A stretch of DNA of 64,000 nucleotides from Chromera velia (Eukaryota), in NCBI GenBank assembly GCA_018398765.1, contig JAHBMJ010000355.1:1-64000 (forward strand). The letters are read 5' to 3'. The notes under the pieces are model-generated. The model saw nothing but the letters and a program-made list of their open reading frames with translations. It searched no databases and was not told where the DNA came from. Below, one piece after another: positions 1 through 9,339 of the stretch; the first letter of the stretch is position 1; every line of letters begins with the position of its first letter. A program made the position numbers and the translations under genes.

Positions 1-352
1 AGTGGGGGGGTCTGTGAGGATTTTGCCGACCGAGTGGGGGGGTCTCGCAGACCGAGTGGGGGGGTCTGTGAGGATTTTGCCGACCGAGTGGGGGGGTCTC
101 GCAGACCGAGTGGGGGGGTCTGTGAGGATTTTGCCGACCGAGTGGGGGGGTCTCGCAGACCGAGTGGGGGGGTCTGTGAGGATTTTGCCGACCGAGTGGG
201 GGGGTCTCGCAGACCGAGTGGGGGGGTCTGTGAGGATTTTGCCGACCGAGTGGGGGGGTCTCGCAGACCGAGTGGGGGGGTCTGTGCGATTTTGCCGACA
301 CAGAGTGGGGGGTCTGTGAGGATTTTGCTGACAGAGTGGGGGGGTCTGTGGG
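1..352. repeat. 54-bp G-rich tandem minisatellite (about 5.5 copies plus a degenerate tail), continuing off the window edge
   Basis: Unit AGTGGGGGGGTCTGTGAGGATTTTGCCGACCGAGTGGGGGGGTCTCGCAGACCG restarts at 1, 55, 109, 163, 217. There are no unique spacers. Confidence 0.95.
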
Positions 353-589
353 ATTTTTAAGGAGAGAATGGGGCGTCTGAGTGACCCTTTGGTTCTTTGG
401 TCCTGCATCTTCACCTTGGTAGCCGCTCTGCTTGCAGCCTTCACTTGCACAAATCTCTCGACTTTCCTTTTGCTTTCCCGTGCATGCATGTACGTGTACG
501 TTTAGCCCTCTCATCTCATCCCCCTCAGTGTGTCCACTGTCTCCCCAGAGTATCCCAGGCAAATGACCTTCTCCTGGAGCTTTCTGCAG

Positions 590-3500
590 GTCGCTGCAGG
601 CGTATCAAGGGGAGTGAGATGATCGATCCAAGGCTCCCGAGGCTGGAAGCAGCTCGAGAGCTTCTTTGCGTTGTGAGTTAAGCAGATTGACAGCTGCATG
701 TGGCCTCGAAACGTCGTGCCACTCCAAAAAGATTGTCGGCCCCTGTTCCCTTTCTGTGTGCAGACTTCCAGCCTTTCGAAAAACGAACTTGGGGGTAGTC
801 GGACTCCTTTTCCGGGTGCGTCTGTGCTCTGTCTTTTCTTACTGCCACCCTTGCACCTCCCCGTGTCAAGGCATGCGGCCACACGTAAAGAACTGTTGGC
901 CCAAGACTGCCAACTTTATACAGCAAGGAGCGTTCCTCAGTTCTTTTCTGCCATGGTGTGCAGACCGTAAAGGGCTTTTTTTTTCCACTCAGTTTACTGC
1001 AGGGCTCTGCGCTTGTCTTGTCGTGCCTCCCTCCGTCACTCTCCGGCCCCCTCTCTGAACATCTCTAATTTCTCCCGTATCTGATCGGTCTCTGCAGGTC
1101 TCTTGGGGAATGTTGATTGGCGAAGTGGGGGCAAGCCGAAAGCGAAACCAGCTTCAGTCAATCGTTCCGGCTCTGCTAACCGCCTTGATACCGGTGGGTA
1201 GTAGCCCTGTCTCCAATTTCGCGCTCTTTGGTACAGCAAGGTTCTTTAACTTGTGCCGCGGTCTCTTGTGCACGATCACTGCAGGTTTGTCGTGGAGTTG
1301 GAGTAGGGGCGAGCTGACTGGCTGCGTGAACCAACAGCGCATCTCCCGTGACGCCGATCTTGCAGGTAAGTGGATCTGTCCGCTTTCAACTCCTCTTCTT
1401 TCAGTGGTTCTTTCGGTTTATCTCTTCCCACCGGTCTGCATGCCCACCGGAGATACCGGGACTTCTCACCGGAGATACCGGGACTTCTCACCGGAGATAC
1501 CGGGACTTCTTACCGGAGATACCGGGACTTCCCACCGGAGATACCGGGACTTCTCACCGGAGACACCAGGACTTCTTAGCGGAGATACCGGGACTTCCCA
1601 CCGGAGATACCGGGACTTCTCACCGGAGATACCGGGACTTCCCTCCGGAGATACCGGGACTTCCCACCGGAGACACCGGGACTTCTTACCGGAGATACCG
1701 GGACTTCTCACCGGAGAAACTTCTCACCGGAGATACCGGGACTTGGGATGCTCTTTTCTTTTCTTCTGCCCTTTATATTTTTTCTCCTTCTCTGCTGTAT
1801 CTGCTGTATTGTTTGCAGCACAGGCTGTCGGAGTGACGCTCTCTGTACGCTTCTTCATGCCCAAATCTTCTGGTGTGCAGGCTGGGGCCTCTCGAGCAAG
1901 GCAAGAGATCGGCTTGCCCACGTGCACAGCGGGAACCAGGGGGGCGTCACTGAAGTGTTGAGGGGCTGCGAGCCGAAAGGGTGGCCAAGACAGCGCGTCC
2001 TCTTCGGCATTGATATTGCAGGTGGGTCGTTCTCTCGCACTGCTTGTTTCAGTAGTGTCGGTGGGGCTATCGAAAGATTGCGCACGGGTGGGGCAACAGT
2101 CAAGCCGTGGGATATTGCGACAGCGAATTGTTCGCGGTCTGAGTGTTGCGTGGATGGGCGCGGTGTAGGAGAGTGCAGTAGGCTTTTCCATCAGCATCCG
2201 ACCAGGGTACTGAGGCTATCGGCTCGTGTGCTCCCGTCATCTTCGGTCGACTGCTGTTTGCGGAAGTTCTGGCTTCCGCGGCTAGGATACGAAGACTCTC
2301 GACACTTTTATGTGCGAGTGTGTCTTTCAGCACTTGCGTCTTCCTCAGGCTGTGTGGTCATCTTTTCTCTCTTGTTTTTTTTCGTATGTTCATCTCGTCG
2401 AGTGCAGAGGCCGTTCTCTAAACCGCGATAACGTTGCAGTCCAAAGGGCTCTTCCGCTGGTGTTTTTCTGTCCTGTGTGTTTTTTTTCTGCAGGGGGTGG
2501 GAGGAGAGATGGCGGACTGACCAGCAGAAACCTCGAGCAGCTGGGGTGCGGAGGTAAGCAGGACGCGTTTTCTTTGTAGCGCAGGCCCTCCCATTTCTTC
2601 TTCCCATCAGACAGACAGAAGGTAGAGACCCAGCCCTACCTCCCGTAGGTTACGTGCCCTCTGGCTGTCCAAGTCTCCCGTCGCCGTCCTCTCTCTGATT
2701 CGGTCCCATTCTTTTGTCCCCGTTTGGTCTTTTCTCGTTCCGTCACCTTCTGCTGCGCCCGTTTGGTCATCCCTCTCGTTCAGTCCTGCACCTGTTTGGT
2801 CCTCTCCCCTTTGGTGTTCCATACATGCTGCACCTTTTTTATGGTCTGTCTCGTTCCCTGTTGTCTTTTTTCTGGCAGTGCCGTTTCATCTCCCTCTCTT
2901 TCAGTCGCGTCCTCTGTGCCTTTTTGCCTGCCTTTCGATCGTCCCGCCGACTTCCGTTGCGTCGCTCGGCTTCTCCGTTCTATGTCACCCTTGCTTGGCC
3001 GCGCTTCCTGCCGTTTTGTGTGTCATGCTGCGGACCATCCCGGGGGGCTTTTTTCCCCGATGATGCTTGCTCTCGCTCCGCTTTTTTCCTGAAAAGGAGC
3101 CGCTTTTCGGGAATCTTGTATGCCATTGCATCGGAAGCTGCACCATGGTATGTGGTATTTCAGAGTTCGTCGAAACAGCTGGTTCGCCTCTCTCCTGCAG
3201 GAATGGTCGGGGGTTGCACGCGAGCGGGGTCTTTTGGCCGTCCTGGGGGGGGCGGTACCGGCAAAGGGCATTTCGGGTGGGACAGGGGAGAAGCCAAGCC
3301 TGAAGGAACGCTGGACAGCCCGCAACGTAAGTCAGCGTACCTTCTTTGTGTGCTTCTTCCGCTAGGGTGCACGTCGGCAGGTCCGTTTTCTTCCTTCAGC
3401 TGTCTTTTTTCAGTCTGGCCGAAAAAACGCGCCATTCACGTCTCCAACCCTTTGGCCTTCCTCTCGGCTCTTTGCCTGCCCTCAAGGGCCTCTTCGGCCT

Positions 3501-6500
3501 CCGCAATTCGTTCGCACGCAACGCTTCTGTTCGTTCAGCTTCGTCTCGTCCGTCCTTCCTGCCGCTTAGGCTTGCCATGATTCCTCCATTCACGTCTCCA
3601 ACCCTTTGGCCTTCCTCTCGGCTCTTTGCCGCTGCTTTCGTCTTCGCAATTCCTTTCGCACGCTGCCCTTCTGTTCTTCCAGCTTGGTCTCATCCGTCCT
3701 TCCTACCGCTCAGGCTTGCCGTCCCCTTCACTGTCGCTCACACCCTCCGCTGGGTCTGTCTCGAAAGATTTCTTCCCCTCTCCTTCCTGCAGGTGCCTCA
3801 GGGGATCTTGGGGGGGCCTTTGTCCTGCTCAACCTGGGACAGGAACACGGCCTGTCTGGAGCCCAACGAGAAGTGGTGGGTCAAGCGTGTCCAGCCTGTC
3901 GACGCGTTTCCTCCATGGGTGGACTCACGTCTCTCCCTCTCTGCGTGCAGCCTCTTGACCCCGAACGGGAAGTCGACCGCGACGCTTCTCCTTCTCAAGG
4001 TGCGTCCCCAAGGAATGTGTCCTTTTTGCGTTTTCTGCCTGGTCACGCAGTTATCACAAGGGTTCTCGTTTTCTTCGGTTCGACCCGAGGCTGCAGGCCC
4101 TTTTCTTGGAGTGTCACCCTCCGAAAAAGAAGCGTCATTCGCCATTCGAAGGTGAAAGCAGGGTGTGTGTGACAGTGGTGACAGTTGTGACACCGTTTCC
4201 AAAAAGTTTTCTTTTCTATACAGCCCCCTATCTTCTTTTCTCTACATACTTTTTCTAAAAAGGTGTCATTAGTGTCACCATTGTCACCGGGGAGGTGCCT
4301 TCACCTTCTTGGGTGGGTGACACTTCAGTTTGAAGACTGCCACCCGCGGTTGGAAGTGTCACCTCTCTCTCTTTTGCCTGCCTGTGCGGCCTCTTTGTGA
4401 AGCCTGAGCCTTCGAGTCTCATTCTTACTTGCTCTTGGTTTTGTCTGCCTTCTCCAATAATCTTGAGGTGGACACTCTTCTCTTCCTCCCGGCCTCCCGC
4501 CGCTCTCCTCCTTTGCTCTCCTTCTCTCCCATTGTCTCTTCCCCTGCTTCCCACCGCCCACCTTCTCCTCCTGTTGCGATACAGGACCCCCTTCCTCCGT
4601 TCAGTGTGGCCCTGGGCTCTCTTCTGTTCTTGCTTCCTAGGTCCTCTCTGCTCTTTTCTCGCCCTTCTATCCGCCTCCAGCGGTGCCCGCTTTTCGCCCC
4701 TCCTCCTTGGGGAACGTGCGTCTCTTCTTCTCTTCCTGCCTTCCCTTTCTTCTCAGCACGTGTCAACAGTCCTTCGGTCTCTTTGATGCAGATCCCTGGG
4801 AAGGTCCTGAGGAGACCTTTGCCCTGCTGAACACGGGGCCGAAGGACGACATCTGTTCCCACCTCTCTGCACTCCTACGACGAGAGGTGAGCCAGCTAGG
4901 GGTGTCAGCGCTCTCGTCCGCTCTTCTGCGTATGTTGGTTCCCAAGTCTCTCCCCCCCTCCGCTTGCGTCTTTCTATCCTTTTGCCCGCCCCCCTCTTGC
5001 CCTGTGTGAAGCCTCTGGCCATTGTTGGCGCTCCCTTGGATGGCTACGCGAGTGCTGCAGGTCGGTCTGCATGCCAGCTCTCCCGCCCTTCTTCGGCTCT
5101 CTCCCTTTTTTGTGCCCCCTCCCTGCTTGTCTCCCACCTTTCGGCCCTCTCTGCCTGGCGTCCTTGTCCGTCTGTGTCCTGGTTTCCAGTTTTCATGAGC
5201 TTGTGTTCCATGCCGCTTGCTCTTGTGTGCTGGCCGTCTCGCCGCGCCTCCCCTGCCCCGAAGCATTTTTTCTTGGCTCTTTGCAGGTCTCTGCGGGCGC
5301 CTCGAGAGGAGTTCCAAGGCTAGCAAGGTGGTCGAGTCGAGCCTGGGGCCCGAGGGTGCGGCCTGGGAGGTTCTTCTTCCAGCGGTGAGTAGCTAGAGCG
5401 TGCGGCATGGCAACAGTCACTGCGTAGTCTCAGGATCTGGTGACTGCGTAGTACGTTTCCTTCCAAGCAAGACCTCCGCGCTCCGTCTGTCTGTGCAGGC
5501 ACTCCAAACCTCCAGTGTGTTGGCGGACGGGCGGGGCCATTCAAGGAGCAGTCGGCCTCCCCCCGCAGGTGTGTTTGTGTTCCTTCGTTTTTGTGGTCTG
5601 GGCTGTGCTGGGCTGTCTGCTTACTCGTGTTGCCCCAACTGATGCCTTTGCGTTGCTCGTTGGAGATTCTCTGCTGTCTGCCCACCCGGCTTCGAGTCTT
5701 CTGGCACCCTCCCAGTAAATGCAGAGATGCCTTTCCCCTCCTGGATTTGTCAGCGGCCTCTGCCGCTTTTGCGTCAGCTAGCTTTGTGCTCCGCGCTTGG
5801 CTGCATGCGTGGTCGGACTTGACGCGGTGTGTGTTTCTGTGTCTATACCTGTCGGAGTGGATCGGTGTGCATTCGCGTGCGTACGGCTCAGGTGCTTACC
5901 CTTTTTTACGTGTGCTTGTGTCTGAAGGTCTCCGTTGCGTCCCTGTATGCGCCCGCATCGCATGAGTTTTTTTTCGCGGTGTATTGCTTCCCTCTGTCGT
6001 GTCCGATGTGCTTTCCAATTCCCGCAGTTGTGTCGAGATCGTTTCTGGCTCGAGGCCAGGTGTTGACGGGAGTTTCTGGCCCGAGAACACTGAGTGTTTT
6101 TCAGACAGCCGTGCGTCTCGAACCGTCTTTGTTTACCTGCAGGTCTTGAACAGCTTCTGGGTGGGCGTGATGGCTGCAAGCTGGACCTCAGATCGGAGAT
6201 GGAGAAAGCGGTGAGTCGGCGGCTTCTACTCCCTGTCTCCGCCGGGTCCTGCGCTATTGCGTTGCACGGTGTGCTTCTTTCTCCTCTGTGCAGCACTTCT
6301 GCGACGGTGTGCGAGGAGGCAAGCCACTCAAGAAGGATTCGGACACCGGAGTTGCTGCAGGTCCGTTCTCTTTTTGTCGGTCGGCATACAGTCGAAAAAC
6401 TCCAGAAGTCCGTTTGCGTCAGCAGTCCGATCGATCCGTTGCGTTTTGCTGGCCACTTTCCGACTCTTTACCTCCTCTGCGTGTCTCCCTGGCTTCCTTT

Positions 6501-8596
6501 TCCCTGCTTCCCTGTACGGCCGTTTCAGTCTTCCCTCCCTTTTCGCTTGCGTGTCGCTGACTGACACTGTGTGCGTGGTGCAGAATGGGCTCTCTCGAAC
6601 AAGTTACGGAATCGACTGGCCCACGCGTACAACGGGAACACTTCGCAGACGTGCAACTTCACGCGGCAGGAGCTGAATGCAAAGCAGGACAAGGCCCAAG
6701 CGGTGAGTCTCAAAACAGCAGACTGATCAAGTTTTGAACGTTTCTTGCATGGGAGTCATCAGCACGCAGGCTTTTAGTGTTTGCGTGTACTATAGACGTG
6801 CAGGGAAAGATCAGACGCATCGTAAGAAAGCAACATGTCTCGTTTTTGTAGAAACAGAAGGCTGCCTTGTCGATCACCTTTTTGGTTGATCATTTTGTTT
6901 TGCTGTTTCCTCTTCCTCAAAGCAGCTCATTCCACTGCAACTCTCTGCAGTGGGTGCTCGCCGGACAACAAGCGACTCCTGCTCTCTCCTCGAATCTTTG
7001 GTATGCAGGCTCGACAGATCCTGTTGCAGCAGGGAAAGTCGGCTGGCGAAATCCGCGAGATCCTCACCACGGCAGAGCTGCGCCTGATCGATGGCAAGTG
7101 CGAGAAGTCCACCTGCCCAGCAGAGATCGGTGACCATCGCGATGGAGAGAGCACCGGAGCGTCACAAGGTCAGCAGCCTTACTGCCTCACTCCCAATGCG
7201 TGTTGTCTCGCTCTTTGTGGTCGTTCGTGTGACTGGTGGGCCTCTGTTCTTTCTCTCTGTCATGTATACCGGAGCTACCTCTCATACCGGACGTTCAGGT
7301 CCTATCTCTTTACATCGACTTCATTTTTTTTCCCGCGTGCGTCCGCGCGTCACCGTCAGCTACTCTGTGGCTGCGCTTCCCGTATGCGTGCGTGCGGGTG
7401 CCTTCCTGCTTGGTCTACCAGATTGAAGTCCGCGTGCGCGTTCGGGTCGGTGTATCATGGATGGTCGTGGAAGTCAGGCGGGAGGTGTCTGCCGGCAGGC
7501 TGAATGAAAATTTCTCCAGCATGCTGTAGACTGACGTGCCGTGAGGGTGTTTGCGGGCCTTCCCCTTTTCTCCTTTGCCAGAACGAAAATTTCCCCAGCA
7601 GCATACGTTTGGTGTCTCCAGACTGAAGTGCCGAGAGCTGTGTGTGATCGAATGGCTGGCTGTTGGTCCTACGGTGTTCGGTGCATGCTCGTTCACGTGT
7701 GTGCGTGGCTGAAGGTTGATGGCGTCGTTCTGCTTGGCTGGTCGGACTGATCTTCGTGTGTGTCTGCGTGGCGAAGGTCGATTGCGTCCGTCTGGCTGGT
7801 CGGATTGTGTCTGGCCGGTGTGCCCGAAGATCGACTCCGGCCGAACGAAAATTTCTCCATGATAATTTCGAGATCTCCGTTTCTTTTGCTCGGCGAGAGC
7901 TGTGTGTGATCGAATGGCTGTTGGTCTCGTCGTCCGTTCTCCAGCATACATGCGACGTCTGCAGATAGATGGAAGTGCGCGAGTGCTCTGTGTGTGTGTG
8001 AGTGTGTGAGTGGCTGGCTGGGTGAGAAGCCTGAGCGCCGGTCTGCGGGCTTTCCGCCCCTTCTTTTTCTCGTGCGTGCGAGACCTACGTTGCACGTTTG
8101 CCGTTGTGGCCGTTCTTGTATCATACGAATGTCTGCAGATGTAGCAGAGAGGCTGCAGGAATTGATGAGAAGGCTGGAAGTCCAAGAGAAACAAACTGAA
8201 GAAAGGCAGAAGGAGCTGCGGGCGTTAGCTGTTCTGACAACTGCAGCTGTGGACCGTCACGCCCTCAGCCCGGTCGAGTCGCTCAGTCAGGGTGGCAGCC
8301 AAGACTCTGAGGGTCGAAGACAAACCCTAGAGGATGCACTGAGAACTGCTCAGAGACTCAGGGAAGCAGGGGTGACGAGACCGCCTTCCCAGCGTCAGGG
8401 TGTAATCTCGCCTCGGAGTCAGCATGCTAGCAGTCCGGCTGCCAAAAGTGCCTCTTGTAGCCACGGAAGTAAAGCGGGCCGTTCTGAGGCAGCCCCTTCT
8501 ATTGAAAAAACGCCCTCTCAGAAAGCTCCAACAACTTGGAACCAACCCCGTCCGTGTGTCAGTAATTTTGTTCTGGCGGGGTTTGAAGATGCTTGA
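590..8596 (+). CDS. Spliced gene (5' end probably outside the window), >=685 aa, with two HEPN (HepT/DUF86-like) RNase motifs, a C-terminal coiled coil and a Ser-rich tail
   Basis: Manual model with exons 590-672, 764-815, 871-927, 1098-1193, 1285-1365, 1881-2021, 2494-2553, 3201-3326, 3793-3875, 3951-3999, 4792-4886, 5012-5060, 5287-5384, 5499-5568, 5725-5772, 6143-6210, 6294-6360, 6584-6702, 7009-7168, 8139-8596. All acceptors are AG and all donors GT except one GA (928); phases chain with no stop until TGA at 8596. Motifs: GWGLSSKARDRLAHVHSGN (RDRLAH 1904-1921) and EWALSNKLRNRLAHAYNGN (RNRLAH 6607-6624). Some middle exons may be missing or misplaced. Confidence 0.7.
1445..1743. repeat. Intronic 22-bp tandem repeat (about 13 copies)
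   Basis: Unit CACCGGAGATACCGGGACTTC(T/C), lying between the donor at 1366 and the acceptor at 1879-1880. Confidence 0.95.
4148..4363. other. Intronic inverted-repeat structure with GTGACA iterons flanking a T/A-rich spacer
   Basis: Left arm GAAGGTGAAAGCA...GTGACAgtgGTGACAgttGTGACAcc; right arm ggTGTCAttagTGTCACcatTGTCACc...TGCCTTCACCTTC; spacer about 65 bp. A second hairpin GGTGACACTTC/GAAGTGTCACC lies at ~4317-4363. Confidence 0.8.
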
Positions 8597-9339
8597 AGGA
8601 GACAGGGGGGGTTATTATGATTCAGACTCTCGGAGGCGCGTCGATTCAAATAATGAGCGAAATATAGCATTGCGACATAAAAGGCTTCGAAGGGTGTAGA
8701 TGAGAAATCACTATTGATCACGGACGATCTGTATTGATACCATAAATTTTAAAAGGCTGACAAAAGCTTTATAAAGAGTATTTAGAGGCCGTAGATACGC
8801 AGGCTTGTGTACTTATATAACCTTAATCTATTATGTTTTCAGACTATATACCAGTTATGTAACCTAATGAAGCTATATTTATATTATGATCTACCTTAAT
8901 TTATTGAATCTACCTAGTGATCTACCTACCAGCCTGCAGCCCGGCAGGCCGGCTCTGCGTGCATGTTGAATCCGTTGCATGACCCCGACGGATTTCAGCA
9001 CTGCACATGCCGCGGTGCACCTATATAGGGTGGCGGTGGTCCCTCCCTGCCCGGAACGCAGTCCGTCGGTCCCTCCCCCCGCACCGATGTCTGTGGCGAT
9101 GTGTACATAGAGGGCGTAATCGTTCAGTTTTTTTAAGTAGTAGAGATCAGCACGGTACACTACTACCTTAATCGAAGTTTGCTGAGATGTACGTATGAAG
9201 TTGCTGCGAAACTTCTCCTTTCTGTTTGTCTTCTCTTACTTGTTGGGTGTAAACAGCAAGCAAGTCGCCACTGTTTGAAGTTTGTTCCATCTCCTTATCT
9301 TGACCTCATCTGCAGCAACCGTTAAGGGATAGTTTCCTC

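Noticed and set aside
1..1743. 54-bp and 22-bp arrays near a dual-HEPN gene as a CRISPR-like array
   Set aside because: The units are contiguous with no unique spacers; similar minisatellites fill introns throughout the window.
3238..3270. GRPGGGGTGKG as a Walker A motif
   Set aside because: It lacks S/T after GK and a preceding hydrophobic strand, no Walker B was found, and it lies in a G-rich linker.
7994..8596. Stand-alone gene or Gag of the neighbouring Copia element
   Set aside because: It fits in phase as the terminal exon (acceptor 8137-8138) of the HEPN gene and is separated from pol by AT-rich DNA.
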